A stretch of DNA of 63,880 nucleotides, counting the filler, from Aduncisulcus paluster (taxonomy: Eukaryota), in the NCBI GenBank assembly GCA_024181965.1. It is 7 parts of 7 records of this genome, joined end to end, with 100 filler letters (N's around TTAATTAATTAA, not from the genome) between each part and the next. Parts side by side here need not be neighbours in the genome. Positions count along the whole stretch, not along the records: positions 23,734 to 53,820 come from BQXS01012589.1; positions 53,921 to 59,843 come from BQXS01012593.1; 5 more parts are not named here. One strand, given 5' to 3'. The notes below the pieces were generated by a model. It had not been told where the DNA came from. It saw only the letters and a list, made by a program, of their open reading frames with translations, and made no database searches. Positions 46,176 to 58,102 of the stretch are shown here, one piece after another. Each line of letters begins with the position of its first letter. Position 1 is the first letter of the stretch. Position numbers and translations under genes: made by a program.

Positions 46176-46481
46176 GAAATTTTATTGATTTATGAACCTC
46201 AAATAAACTTATCTTGATATTGCGAAAGATTCTTACTTGTCGAGATTTAGGATCAATGGAATAATATTAATCATATATTCGAATTACTTCTCATTTTAAT
46301 ATGGTTTTGATACATATAATCATAAATAGTGAAAGAAATGGCCAGATAAAATAAAACACATGATTTTGAGTTAATGAAGCGGTTACCTATATTATAATCG
46401 GAAAAAAATCGTTTTAAAAACTGAATTTATCAATTATTTGTCTTGGTTATATTCTTTTCTATTTGTAATTAGTGAATTAGA

Positions 46482-49400
46482 ATGGAATGCTTGTGTAATA
46501 CCATATTTTTTATCGGAATCTGGTACTTTTCCTTCATTTCTTCAAATAATCAATTATATCTTTTCCCTGAAGCATATATTTCTCCTCCTTTATCTTATGG
46601 AACTGTGGAAAGTATAATTCTCACAATTCAATACAATGGATTAACTCCCAACCTCTCTTTTACCGATTCAGACATTTATACATATCCTACAATATATCAT
46701 ACCGCATTATCTAGTGATTATTCATATTTTTCGCTTTCATTCACATCAAATCTATTTCTCATTCGATCTTTATATATTGAGCAGAATAATACCGAAACAA
46801 TTGACTTATACATTGGAATTCGAATTTCTTTTTCAGATCATGATGATGAATCGTCGCAATTGATTTATCGAATTGAAGAATCTTCAGTATATCTCTCTGT
46901 TGATAATTCCTCTTCTGTAAACATATCATCTCCTCCCCTCTCTCTGATAAATATTAATAATATACCCTTAACTAACTCTTTAATGTGGCCTATAACGTCT
47001 CTTGAAGGGGTTCCTGTGTCTCCGTATTCACATCCTCTCTCAAACACATCTTTCCCTTCTCTCTCTGATTTCCCTTCCTTTTCTTCCTATTTTGAAAGTG
47101 AACAGGACACCTCAAGCATTTTTATTAACCAATTTGGCCATTTCGAGTCGATTCCCAAATCCGATGAAACTCTTCAATCCTTTTCAATATTCTCACTATA
47201 TGGAACCGGCGCAGTGTCAACTTCAACATTGGAATCGGGAACAGTAATTATTGCGGATATGTCCGAATCAACAAACATATATCCTGACGATATCACTGAG
47301 AGAATAGGGGAAGAAGAGATTTCTATTACTGATTCAGCAATTATATCCACCCCAATCTTACCTATTGGTGTATCTCCCTCATCTGTCACCTCTATTACTC
47401 TCGACATCTCTGAATATTTGAATCCAATTCATTACAAAATGCATGTACTCTCTCCTGACCATGCGGTTGGAGTTGTCACCCAGTTAAATACAAATTTCCA
47501 TACTTCACATATTCAAATATGCGAATTGCAGAATGGGTTCACAATGAGTGCAAGAGATTGTTTCACTCTGACTGCTCTCGCAAGTGCCAAACTCTCCACA
47601 TCTTTTCTCCTTGTTCAAAGCGAGCCAGTGTCAGCTATTTATAGCGATTCCTCAGTCATGGTGGTATTTTCGGCATTGACTTCTTCATTCAATATTGTTA
47701 CAGTCTCCTACACGCTGACTTTTGATGATTCTGGGTCATCTGATTTATCCATGAATATTTTGTCCCCTGATCTGACTGAAAATATGCTCGAAACGATCGA
47801 ATCCTCAAATATTATTCTATCAGATGCCATTTCCCTTTCAGATGGATCATCGTCTTGCTCCGAATCTTCATGTGACCCAGCTTCCTCTGATATTGCGGTG
47901 TCTTTCATTGTTCTTCCCTCTGATTTGTCCGATTTCTTTATTGATGGTGGGAATGCCGACTTTAGTAATTTAAATTATTTTTACGGGGAATATTTTTATC
48001 CATCTTCACATCCTTTTAATGATTCTGATTTATTCCCCACCGTGTATTGTGAATTCACATTCCGTCAAAACGGGTTGCCAGCAAAACAACGTTTCTGTTT
48101 TCAAACGACTAAAAGCAGAATGTCAAAGCTATTTTCATTTGGAGAAAGTGTATTTTTTATTCAGGTTTTAAATGCAACTTTTCATACTTTAATTTCAAAA
48201 CATGTCGTATCTTCCCTAACAATTTCCAGTGATGCTTCCGTTCCAAATACTGTTGAATATTCGACTATATATTTGCACAATTTTACTTTCATGTCTGACT
48301 CTGATAATTCGGTAGAATGGCCTGTTTCCTTCGATTTTCATCTTTGGGAGGATCCCGATTCTTTATCAGATCCGATCTTGTATATGGCATTTAATGCTAT
48401 GTACAACGAGGATAACAACTTTAACCTTACTTCTTCGCAGCTTTCCGTAAATACATATGTGTTTTATGTCTTGTTCCCTGCAAATGCTAGTTCCTCCCTC
48501 TTGAATGCCACCGAAGCCGGATATATATCCACTCCCATCCATTTGTCATCTTCGATTGTGATGGAGTGGGATTGTGATACGTATCCTATTCTCTGTCTCT
48601 CAAACGTTCCATCTGTCTCAATTGGGGTTACTAACGAACTTGTCATCGTCTCAAGCGTTCTTCATACGTTGGATAATGCCTCTCCAACATCCATGGACGT
48701 GTACGCCTGCATTAAAGAAGATATTTCAATATGCACAAGTTTATTGGACACTGGATTTATGCCAAAAGCACCACAATCCATATTTGGAGAACCTCATACC
48801 ATATCAGATATTGGAGTACCCATTTTGATGAGTATTGATCCATTTTTAGCCAATTCTCATACCGATTCATTGGATTCCTCAATCATCCATCTCTTTGTCT
48901 GTGCACTGTATCATATGGAAGGAATAATATGTGGTGAGCGTGGATCTTTTGGTCAAATAATTTCTTTTACCCCCTCCTTTATTCCTCAAAGTTCGTCTAT
49001 AAATAGTTTGTCAACTCCATCAGGAAATTCTTTGAAACGGTATGTTTTGTCCAGCAATGGGTATCCTGTTGAACTCCAGACGACTTCAAAGCATAGTTAT
49101 CTAATTTTAGGCTTAGTTTCTTCTGAGAATGTTCTATCTGTTGGATATAGCCACCTCGATTACGCCTTAATCAGTCATGATCTTCCAGATGAGGCCGATG
49201 TCACAGTGATTTGTTCTTTGTCATGTGTAGTATATATTCAACCTTGTCCGAATTCATCCGTTACAATCTCAAGAGTTTCTCAATCTATTTTAAGCTATTC
49301 AACCAATTCTGATGATGATGATGAGAATACCTATTGGAACGAAGGTGAATTGATAATTAATTTGGATATTTCTTCCTCTCTTGCTGCCGATATCTCTGAA

Positions 49401-51881
49401 TATCCTTCTGATTGGCCCCATTCCTTCGATGAGCTTGATTTTGACACTGTCTTTAACAAATTTAGGTTATCTCTTCCCAATTCACAATATATCTACATCA
49501 CCGACATCGATAGTTCACTCATATCGCGCCTCTATTTCTCACTGATAGTTCCAGAGTGTTCTATTTTTGGAATTTCTTCTGATATTTACGTTCTTTCGGG
49601 CTCTTATACTGAGCCATTCCAATCCAATGCGATTGATATTCTTTCTACAAACCATGATATCAACATTTGGGTTGAGATTCGATGCAAGGTATGTAATATT
49701 CGTTGTTTGGCCCAAGAATGCTCCCCAAGTATTTCAATAGAGTCCGATGGAGTTCTTTTGAGCCTTGAAAATGATGCACAGGGATTGGCGGAATGTTTGA
49801 AAGTCTTGGAAGTGAAAACCTCCATAAAAACCTCGGAAGAAGGTGAGGTATCGGAATCTGATAATCCAGTTCTATATATATCTGCCAATCATACGGGAAA
49901 TTACTCTGATCCCATCGAGTACTCGTCAACTTTGATTCCTGTTTCATGTCTTGTTCAGACGAGTAATTTTCCTTCAAACTTGGAATCAATCGAAATGTTT
50001 TATGGTTCTTCCTTATCATTATTTGATGATATTTCTCTATCTTATTCGTGTACTGAAGAAGAAGATGAGCTATCTGACCTAAATTTAGCATTGACGATGT
50101 ATTCTGAAACCGATTCCTCAAAAACGAATGTTATTGATTCTTTTGTATCGATTCTCACCGATGGATGTTCGTTTTCAGACGGTATTCTTACAGGTTCTGT
50201 TTCTCTTATTCAATCGTGTTTACAGTTGTTGTTATTCTCAGCTTCTATTTCTGGAAATTTCTATCTCTCTTTAGAACTTGAACATCTATTTTTAGATTAT
50301 GAAATTTCAATAATCGAACCCATTCAGTTCGATTCCTCTATTAATAATGATAATTTGATATATTATTCTCTTGATATAAATGGTTTTGTTGAATTTCTAC
50401 CTATTTCCTTTATATCCGAACCTGATTCTGTTGATCTCTATTCCATTGAAACACACCCTTTATACGGAGTATTGGATATCAGTGTCCAAACTGATTCTCA
50501 AATAATCTATAAATATACTCCAAATAGCCAGTTTTGTGGCAATGATATGATCTCCATCAAATATGTCAATTATCAGTCATCATATTACCTTTTTTTGAAT
50601 GTTTATTTCCAAATATTCTCCAAAGTTCCTTCTCCTTCCTCAAATGTGGAATACAAACTCTCAGATGGACTTCGATATGTTGAATATATACAAGAACAAA
50701 ATATTCATAGTAAGGCCTGTTCCCTTGATATTGGATCATTATTCTCTTCTTCAACCGTGTCTTCACTCTCTGTGTCCATTTCTAGCTCTTCGTTTTCAAG
50801 TGTTTGTGAAGCCCATAATCCTTCCTTGTGTGAATTTGGCTCTGATGAATCTTCTCTCCAAATAACTTGTTTCTCAACCAATTTACGTTCTATTCAGATT
50901 CCCATTGATATCTATTCAACTTTTTCCTCATCTCCTCTTCATTTTTGTTACATTGTTTCTCAAAAAATATCTTTGTTCTTTATTATTGGTATAGGAATAA
51001 CTGGAATCATTCTTCTTATTTTTGGCCTATTTCTCATTTTTTTGCCTAAATTTAGAACTTTCTTTTGTTCTTTGTTTGTCCGATGTGGGTTTTGTTCATC
51101 CTATTCGCAAAAATGTCTTTCCCAAACTCCCAAGCTCCATCAATCAACTGTTGTTGTTAGATATCTTGATGAGCTCAATTCTGATGGTATTCCATCGAAG
51201 TTGTATGACGACTCGAGTGTTATCCCATCATATTTACAAGAGCATAGAAAGTCAATCTCAAACATTTCTATCTCGGAAACTTCAATTCCCTCATCTTTCC
51301 AGCCCAGGAGAGATTCTCAGACGACCAATCCATTCTGCCCACCGATTCTGGCTTTCAATCCCGAACATCTCCGTCTTCCTAGTGTTTTCCGACACCGAGG
51401 TTCATTGAGTTCAGAGGGCGATAGTGTTTCGAGAATGTATCATTCAGCTCGACCTCTACACACTTCGTCAATCGAAGTTGCTCCCAGAGTCACACGTTCT
51501 CTTACATCTGGAACGTCTAAATTATTGCATTATGAACAAGGGATTGGAGTTCACCATCAAGACCAGCCATTTCATCAGAAAAGCCATTTCGAGACCATGT
51601 TTTCTTATGAAAATGTCATTGATGATGATTTGGAGGAAGATTCATGCATTTCACAACCTTTTGATCCATTTTTAGATATTGAGAAGAAACCTCTCCCACC
51701 AATTCGCCACACAGAGAAAGAATCAATTCCGCCGTCTTCTTCTCTTTTTATCCATTCTGCCCCAAAACCAAAACATTCGGCGAAAAGGAAGAAAGAAAAA
51801 CCTCCAAAGAAGGGGTCTAAATTGAGAAAGAAACAGACAAACAGTCATTTAAAGAAGAAAAAATCGAAGAAAGGGAATTAA
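46482..51881 (+). CDS. Large Ser-rich type I membrane/surface protein (1799 aa) with one cadherin/Big_9-like repeat
   Basis: Hydrophobic N-terminus, many NxS/T sequons, PLYGVLDI...YKYTPNSQFCGNDMISIKY, TM helix LFFIIGIGITGIILLIFGLFLIFL, Cys cluster and basic tail. Confidence 0.85.
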   Translation: MECLCNTIFFIGIWYFSFISSNNQLYLFPEAYISPPLSYGTVESIILTIQYNGLTPNLSFTDSDIYTYPTIYHTALSSDYSYFSLSFTSNLFLIRSLYIEQNNTETIDLYIGIRISFSDHDDESSQLIYRIEESSVYLSVDNSSSVNISSPPLSLININNIPLTNSLMWPITSLEGVPVSPYSHPLSNTSFPSLSDFPSFSSYFESEQDTSSIFINQFGHFESIPKSDETLQSFSIFSLYGTGAVSTSTLESGTVIIADMSESTNIYPDDITERIGEEEISITDSAIISTPILPIGVSPSSVTSITLDISEYLNPIHYKMHVLSPDHAVGVVTQLNTNFHTSHIQICELQNGFTMSARDCFTLTALASAKLSTSFLLVQSEPVSAIYSDSSVMVVFSALTSSFNIVTVSYTLTFDDSGSSDLSMNILSPDLTENMLETIESSNIILSDAISLSDGSSSCSESSCDPASSDIAVSFIVLPSDLSDFFIDGGNADFSNLNYFYGEYFYPSSHPFNDSDLFPTVYCEFTFRQNGLPAKQRFCFQTTKSRMSKLFSFGESVFFIQVLNATFHTLISKHVVSSLTISSDASVPNTVEYSTIYLHNFTFMSDSDNSVEWPVSFDFHLWEDPDSLSDPILYMAFNAMYNEDNNFNLTSSQLSVNTYVFYVLFPANASSSLLNATEAGYISTPIHLSSSIVMEWDCDTYPILCLSNVPSVSIGVTNELVIVSSVLHTLDNASPTSMDVYACIKEDISICTSLLDTGFMPKAPQSIFGEPHTISDIGVPILMSIDPFLANSHTDSLDSSIIHLFVCALYHMEGIICGERGSFGQIISFTPSFIPQSSSINSLSTPSGNSLKRYVLSSNGYPVELQTTSKHSYLILGLVSSENVLSVGYSHLDYALISHDLPDEADVTVICSLSCVVYIQPCPNSSVTISRVSQSILSYSTNSDDDDENTYWNEGELIINLDISSSLAADISEYPSDWPHSFDELDFDTVFNKFRLSLPNSQYIYITDIDSSLISRLYFSLIVPECSIFGISSDIYVLSGSYTEPFQSNAIDILSTNHDINIWVEIRCKVCNIRCLAQECSPSISIESDGVLLSLENDAQGLAECLKVLEVKTSIKTSEEGEVSESDNPVLYISANHTGNYSDPIEYSSTLIPVSCLVQTSNFPSNLESIEMFYGSSLSLFDDISLSYSCTEEEDELSDLNLALTMYSETDSSKTNVIDSFVSILTDGCSFSDGILTGSVSLIQSCLQLLLFSASISGNFYLSLELEHLFLDYEISIIEPIQFDSSINNDNLIYYSLDINGFVEFLPISFISEPDSVDLYSIETHPLYGVLDISVQTDSQIIYKYTPNSQFCGNDMISIKYVNYQSSYYLFLNVYFQIFSKVPSPSSNVEYKLSDGLRYVEYIQEQNIHSKACSLDIGSLFSSSTVSSLSVSISSSSFSSVCEAHNPSLCEFGSDESSLQITCFSTNLRSIQIPIDIYSTFSSSPLHFCYIVSQKISLFFIIGIGITGIILLIFGLFLIFLPKFRTFFCSLFVRCGFCSSYSQKCLSQTPKLHQSTVVVRYLDELNSDGIPSKLYDDSSVIPSYLQEHRKSISNISISETSIPSSFQPRRDSQTTNPFCPPILAFNPEHLRLPSVFRHRGSLSSEGDSVSRMYHSARPLHTSSIEVAPRVTRSLTSGTSKLLHYEQGIGVHHQDQPFHQKSHFETMFSYENVIDDDLEEDSCISQPFDPFLDIEKKPLPPIRHTEKESIPPSSSLFIHSAPKPKHSAKRKKEKPPKKGSKLRKKQTNSHLKKKKSKKGN

Positions 51882-52396
51882 TGATCATGTGCACAAGAAA
51901 TATCCAATTATTTCGTTCATTATATATATAACTACCTCCAGACTTCTCTATTTTCTGTGTGGTAGAACCAGAGAACCCGGAAGGCTCCATCTCTTTTATA
52001 ATGAAAGGTATTAACTCAATATTTGATATATTTGATTAAAATTATTAATATGACATAAATCGAAAATCTTATTTATTCTATTGTCAAGGATTGATACTCT
52101 GGAATCAGAATCTCCCAGATTCATCAATAGAAGAGAAATCACCAATAAATAAGCAATTTTGATTTAAATATCTATGCTATTCCATTAAATCATTCGCAAA
52201 TATAATAACAATTCTTCATATTCTATGTTTTACTAAACATTGATTCAGATCTTCTTTATTCAAATATTCAGAGATATCAAAGCCTTAAAAAGGAAGTTAA
52301 CATTAAATTTTCTTTAAGAATAAATCCTTCTATTTCTCATCAAATCATCCATTGCATTTGACAATAGGCCAATTTGACCACATATAATATTAAAAA

Positions 52397-53809
52397 ATGC
52401 CAGAATCTCTCGTTATATGTGTTGATACTTCAGATTTTATGAGAAATGGGGATTTAAAGCCTTCAAGGATGATCGAACAATCTACTGCTGTGAAAAGGAT
52501 TATCCTCTCTCGAACTAAAGAATCTGCCCAAAATTATCTATCTATCGTAACATTAGGAAGTACTCCACAGTGCATTGTTCCACTTGTGAAATCTCCTTCT
52601 GACTTAAATAGAGGGTTAGATAAACTTATCCCTCGTGGAGAATCTAATGTTTTAACGGGAGTCAAAATAGCTGAATTGGTATTAAAACAAAGACCCATAA
52701 GAAAGTCTGACACTAAAATCATCTTATTTATTGGTTCTCCTATCTCTTCCTCGATTGATGAAATGAAGAAGGAAGGTAAGAAACTGAAAAAGTTATCGAT
52801 TTCAATTGATATTGTTGCCTTTGCTGAACATGAATTCAATCGTGACAAGCTTAAAGCCTTTGTTGACGCAGCTGGTGGTAAAGATGGTTCAAATTCTTCC
52901 CTCTCTGTTCTTCATCCATCATCCTCTCATATTTTATGCGATTTACTACTTGATACGCCCATATTTACTGGTTCTATTCCTTCAGCAGGTCAAGGTGCCG
53001 GGGCATCTGGAGCTGATGGATTTCCTCAGGGAAGTCCTCTCGCTCAAGGAGGTTTCCAACCTGCTCCTGGTGGAGATGACGAGGAAGAACAGATACGTCT
53101 TGCTATACAAATGAGTCTTGCAGAGATGCAGGGTTCAGGAGAAGGCGGTATTGATCCAGCCAACCTTGCTGCCATGGATGAGCAGCAGCAGCTTATGCTT
53201 GCTCTTCAACTCAGCCGAGAAGATGCCAGGCAACACGAGACTCCCTCTGCCGGTCAAGATGCCGGTCAATCTGCGCCAGAGCCGGTCACTTCTTCCCCCC
53301 AACGTCGTCCTTCAGTCGGTATAGCCCAAGGTATGGGTCCCGGAGATGAAGAGGAGGAAGATATGGATGATGAAGCCCGTGCTGAGCTTGAGTTAGCCCT
53401 AAAGCTCAGCATGATGGATGAGAGAGATGAAGAAGGTGAAGTTGAAGAGGAGAAAAAGGAACCCAAGAAGACTGATGAGCATGTTGGTTTATATGGTGCA
53501 GAAGCCGTTGATGGAACCCTTGAAGAACTGTTAGCCTCATTCGATGGTGTAAATACCCAAGATCCAGAGCTTCTCCGGATGCTCTCTGAAATGAAAGAAT
53601 ATGTGAAAACGGAAGAGGAAAAGAAGGAAGAGGAGAAGAAAGAGGAGAAGAAAGAAGAAGAAGATCAAAAAGATGAGGAAAAGAAAGACGAAGATTGTGA
53701 AATTCAAGTCAAAGGTACTGAACAAGAGAGAAAGGATGCCACTGTGTCCGTTGTGAAAGATGAGGATGAATCCGAAGATACAGATAAGGATGAAGAAGAT
53801 GTTTACTAA
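52397..53809 (+). CDS. RPN10: 26S proteasome subunit Rpn10/PSMD4
   Basis: vWA domain ICVDTSDFMRNGDLKPSR, IILFIGSP and three UIM-like motifs (EEQIRLAIQMS, QQLMLALQLS, ELELALKLS). Confidence 0.95.
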   Translation: MPESLVICVDTSDFMRNGDLKPSRMIEQSTAVKRIILSRTKESAQNYLSIVTLGSTPQCIVPLVKSPSDLNRGLDKLIPRGESNVLTGVKIAELVLKQRPIRKSDTKIILFIGSPISSSIDEMKKEGKKLKKLSISIDIVAFAEHEFNRDKLKAFVDAAGGKDGSNSSLSVLHPSSSHILCDLLLDTPIFTGSIPSAGQGAGASGADGFPQGSPLAQGGFQPAPGGDDEEEQIRLAIQMSLAEMQGSGEGGIDPANLAAMDEQQQLMLALQLSREDARQHETPSAGQDAGQSAPEPVTSSPQRRPSVGIAQGMGPGDEEEEDMDDEARAELELALKLSMMDERDEEGEVEEEKKEPKKTDEHVGLYGAEAVDGTLEELLASFDGVNTQDPELLRMLSEMKEYVKTEEEKKEEEKKEEKKEEEDQKDEEKKDEDCEIQVKGTEQERKDATVSVVKDEDESEDTDKDEEDVY

Positions 53810-53920
53810 CTATAAAAAGTNNNNNNNNNNNNNNNNNNNNNNNNNNNNNNNNNNNNNNNNNNNNTTAATTAATTAANNNNNNNNNNNNNNNNNNNNNNNN
53901 NNNNNNNNNNNNNNNNNNNN

Positions 53921-54224
53921 TTTGTGATTCAGTGACCGTTTGTTCTTGCAAAGCAAACGATAAAACCATGGATATAGACTTATTTTCTTTTCTAAGTATT
54001 ATGTTTTCTCTAACTAATTCTTGATAAACTTTTCTTATGTTTTCGAGGTCAGATTCCCTCTGTTGTAATATTTTAAGAAGTAAAGATGCTTCACTCTCTT
54101 TGGCGCGACAAGTTTCAGCCATGCGCTTCAATGAGATAATATCTGTCAATTCAATGGGTTTTTCAAGCATTTCACTAATATTTTGTTCAATTGAAATTGA
54201 TTTGAAAGGTCCATGTTCAGCCAT
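53921..54224 (-). CDS. Small coiled-coil protein, 3' truncated
   Basis: ATG at 54224 (MAEHGPFK...) with the frame open to the contig edge and a heptad pattern. Confidence 0.55.
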
Positions 54225-54506
54225 TTCTGGGCTGGTGATGCAAAAAAAAAAGATTTCGAAATTTGAATAAACCCATATAATTAGGGTTTGTTTTTTGACT
54301 GTTTGACTGAATAATCGATGAATTATACGGCGGAAATTAATCTTATTTGGTAGAAAGCGAGATCGTAACCGCAGGCAGTCTAAAATTCGAAACAATGAGT
54401 TTTATGAGAAATAAATTTCAATAATATGATTTAATGTTATTTTTATGACAATAATAAGTTGGGGATTGTTGAATAATCTTGAGGATGTTAGAATCTGTTT
54501 CAGAGT

Positions 54507-55145
54507 ATGTTAGTTTCTTCGCCCAAACATTTCCAAATGGTTAAACCTTTTATTGTTTACACTTCTTCACCTAAAGCTGTTGTTTCATCCTTCTCTTCAT
54601 ATGATGAACCCCATAGTTCCATTTCTGATTCAAAACCCAGCTCCCTCAGTGATAAAGAAGAATTTTCCTTTACTTCTGACAAGGTAGAATCCGTAATTCC
54701 TAAATCTATTTTTGCTGATCTTCCCGTTTCCCACTCTCCCGCTCCCCCAGTTGAAGAACTTCAAGAATGCGATTGGGATGAATCTGAAGACGATGAATTT
54801 CGGAGTTTTATTTCTGATGAAAAAGATTCTTTCCCAAAGCCCCCAATGCCAAGCGCTTCCAAGCGAAAGAAACAATATCCTCGTGGTGGCAAGAATCGAT
54901 CCAGATCTGCCTTGTCCAATCCAAACAATAATCACCATGGAAAAGATCGTTCCCTTAGTTGCAAGACCCGTTCAGAACGTTATTCTGGCTCCAAGAGGAA
55001 GAGTGGCAAGCCTCGCTCCGGTTCTGCCTCTCTCCACTCCCCCGATGCTTGTCAGATGTATTATGACCAGCCTCAAACCCCCAGGGCTTCCTCATGCACC
55101 GAGAGAAAGACCGTTAAGCCTGATGTTGCTACTTTTCTGAAATAA
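54507..55145 (+). CDS. Hypothetical Ser-rich disordered protein
   Basis: 212-aa ATG ORF, GC-richer than its flanks. Confidence 0.7.
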   Translation: MLVSSPKHFQMVKPFIVYTSSPKAVVSSFSSYDEPHSSISDSKPSSLSDKEEFSFTSDKVESVIPKSIFADLPVSHSPAPPVEELQECDWDESEDDEFRSFISDEKDSFPKPPMPSASKRKKQYPRGGKNRSRSALSNPNNNHHGKDRSLSCKTRSERYSGSKRKSGKPRSGSASLHSPDACQMYYDQPQTPRASSCTERKTVKPDVATFLK

Positions 55146-55915
55146 TACTCTCATATTATCTTTATTTGACTCTTCGATTCGTTATAAAAGCCGAATTATC
55201 ATTGTTTGTATTTGGTTCTTCCACCTTTTCTTGCTCTCTCTCTCTCTCTCTCTTCCTTTCGGTTTGTGTGAGTTGTTAATAATATTAAATTATCCTTTCT
55301 TTTTGTTATTTGTAGTTGTAACAAGTCAAATATTTTTCAGCATAATATATATTTCCTTAATCTTTGGGCTAAATTATTACTTAATTACTTATAAATTATT
55401 TGTAAATTATATCTGTAATAGATGACCAGAGATTCTTCTCAACATTCGAATCTGTTTCATGAAATACCTTTTATTTTTCGGGCCTGATTCAATTTAACAC
55501 TTGATTTCTTTGTTATTACCTTTATTTTTTTATTCAGAAGCATATTACGCAACTTTTTATACATATATTTTATTATTGTTGTTGTTTTTCCAATGTATCA
55601 ACATTGGAGTGGTTTTTGTTGCTATTTTTGAATTATTCACATTATATTATCGTCTTTTTTCTTCGATGCTGTGTCATTTTCTTCTTTATGCTTCTCATGA
55701 GGCCTCTTCAAGCCCTGGGTATTTTTCCCAGCTTATCATGGTCTTTCACCTTCTATTTTTATTAGATCTGGATTATTATCCGCAATAATATTCATAAATC
55801 ATTATAGAATTGTTTTTTTGTGCGTGTCTTTCACTTCCAAATTGATTGATTCCGAACTCAATAAATTGTCGTGATTTATATTTTGACCATTTATTATGAA
55901 CCTTAATTAATTGAT

Positions 55916-57754
55916 ATGGCAGTGAATCTTCTTTCAATAAAGCTACAGTACACGGATAAAATAAATTCGAAATTTGGAGCGATGAAAAAAGGATTATTGG
56001 CCGAATTGTTAAGATGTCAGGAGTTCATTAATGGTTCTAAATTTGAATCCGATGAAAAAATACATTTCTACCTTCTCCAATGCTTTTCAGAAATTGAAGT
56101 TATGAAAAGACTAAAACCTGAAGAATATGTTGGTGATGAAGCAAGAATACTTTGTGATATTGCAGATTCAATTGCAAAATTTCATATTGAACTCGCCTAT
56201 GATAAAAAAGAAAGGGGTGAATCGTTTGATGAAGATATTGCCATATATAAAGTGTTTTTTATCCGGTTACGAAAACAAGTCGATTTATTTCCAAAAGAAG
56301 AAAACATTTTTGGCTCCTTTTTAAAGACTTTAGAGGCTGGCTGTGCTTGGAGAATTGAAGATGATGACAAAGATGTTTTTCTATGGATGTGGGATTCGAT
56401 AAAACGTGATTATTTGGATTGGATTGATACTAATAGATACATGGACCATAGGAATCGTGAAGTGTTAATGAGAATCTGTGTAGAATTTGCTGCAGAACCA
56501 TCAATTGCTTCTATTTTAGCTTATAAGGGTGTGCCTGCTTTTCTGTATGAAATGCGAAAAGAAACTATTTCTAATGCTCCCTATAAGGTTTGTAGAGTGT
56601 TTTTTAAGCTTCTCAATGCAATAATAACGACTCTTCCTAAATTAGTTGTCACAATCATGTTTCTTGTTAAAAGTCACCTTAAGTCATTTGCTGACGCACT
56701 TCTCATCAAAGATATTTCAAGTCCAAAGAATATCCAAGGTTGGGTTGACTTTATTGATTCTTGTGTGTCTTTCTTCACTTCTGAAGAGTTTTTTTCTATT
56801 GATGAAAAGTACATTCAATATGATGATATCGTAGAAAATTTTGAAATTGATGAGAGAATCGATATTTCTAACTTCCCAGACCATTACGAGATCCCTCACG
56901 AAACCCTGGAAGGTGGGGCACGTTCTATATGTATTTATAACCTTAGCATTGTCGTCATTGAGGAATGTTTGGAGCCAATGATTGGCATTGTTGACAGATT
57001 TTACCGTAGAGAAGACGTGGCAAGGAATATCCTCACTGTCATTAACAAATTACTGGGAGTAGATGGAATCGAGCCTATTATTCTGGATATAATGGTGTCA
57101 TACTGTCGTGAATGGCTCGAAAGATTCATGGATGGTGCCACTGTTCAGGTTGTTTTCTCGATATTCCAACAGTTCGCTTTCCCCGAGTCCAATGCCGAGC
57201 GTATGTGCATTTTTTGTGATGATGTCCTTCAAAAGCTTCATATTCTTCCGTCTTTAAGTATTGTGGAGATCTCTCCAGCTATAGCTTTCTTTGGAAACCT
57301 TGTGGAGATGAGGTTTCAGACTGTTCTCGAGAAGATATGGAAGCCCAAAGTAATGGCATCGTGGTGTTCGAAGATTCTAGATTGGGACATTGCTGCTGAG
57401 GTCGAGAGAAGGCGTCGTATAGAGCTTGATGAAGGATATGAAGCTGATCTTGAAGAGCTTGCAGATACACTCCAATCTGATTTCCTCATGTGTGTTCGTA
57501 ATTTCTCCTCTACACTGTGTGTTGAACTCCTTAATAAGATCAAAATATATCAGGAAGAATGCCAAATGACTCTCAAAGGTAAGGAAGAGGAAGATGCTGC
57601 CGATTACAAGGATCTGAGAGCTAATCTCAAGTATATGAAGACGATTGAGAAGGATATTTACTCAATGGTGGAACAATTGCACAAAAAATATGGACATAAG
57701 TCAGAGTTTACGACTGAATGTTTCGAAGAATTCATCCAAATGGAAGCTCCTTGA
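55916..57754 (+). CDS. Hypothetical alpha-helical (HEAT/ARM-like) protein
   Basis: 612-aa ATG ORF of amphipathic helices with no recognisable motif. Confidence 0.8.
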   Translation: MAVNLLSIKLQYTDKINSKFGAMKKGLLAELLRCQEFINGSKFESDEKIHFYLLQCFSEIEVMKRLKPEEYVGDEARILCDIADSIAKFHIELAYDKKERGESFDEDIAIYKVFFIRLRKQVDLFPKEENIFGSFLKTLEAGCAWRIEDDDKDVFLWMWDSIKRDYLDWIDTNRYMDHRNREVLMRICVEFAAEPSIASILAYKGVPAFLYEMRKETISNAPYKVCRVFFKLLNAIITTLPKLVVTIMFLVKSHLKSFADALLIKDISSPKNIQGWVDFIDSCVSFFTSEEFFSIDEKYIQYDDIVENFEIDERIDISNFPDHYEIPHETLEGGARSICIYNLSIVVIEECLEPMIGIVDRFYRREDVARNILTVINKLLGVDGIEPIILDIMVSYCREWLERFMDGATVQVVFSIFQQFAFPESNAERMCIFCDDVLQKLHILPSLSIVEISPAIAFFGNLVEMRFQTVLEKIWKPKVMASWCSKILDWDIAAEVERRRRIELDEGYEADLEELADTLQSDFLMCVRNFSSTLCVELLNKIKIYQEECQMTLKGKEEEDAADYKDLRANLKYMKTIEKDIYSMVEQLHKKYGHKSEFTTECFEEFIQMEAP

Positions 57755-58102
57755 AGTAATGGTCTATGATCTATATAGATCTATCTATTTTCAATATTCA
57801 ATGTTTCTGTTGAATAATATTAACTTAATATTATTAAGAATATAATTAATTATTATGGAGATATATATTTAATCTAACATTTGCAGATCTAATAATATGT
57901 TATTGATGATCTTTTCCGAGATGACGAAGAAGATTGTATAATATATAATTCTTTTGATTGTTGAATAGAAAATGGGATGGGACATTATTCTTTCGTATCA
58001 TTTTGCCATATTTTTGTGTGTATGTATTCTTCCAAAATGTTATTTCTTTGATTCTCTCTGAAACGATAAGTTTGATAATTTTATATTGTTTAAAAGGATC
58101 GT

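Noticed and set aside
12512..54270. AAATTTGAA as a promoter motif near several starts (12512, 20530, 39893, 44021, 54259)
   Set aside because: In such AT-rich spacers the count is too close to chance to claim without a genome-wide test.
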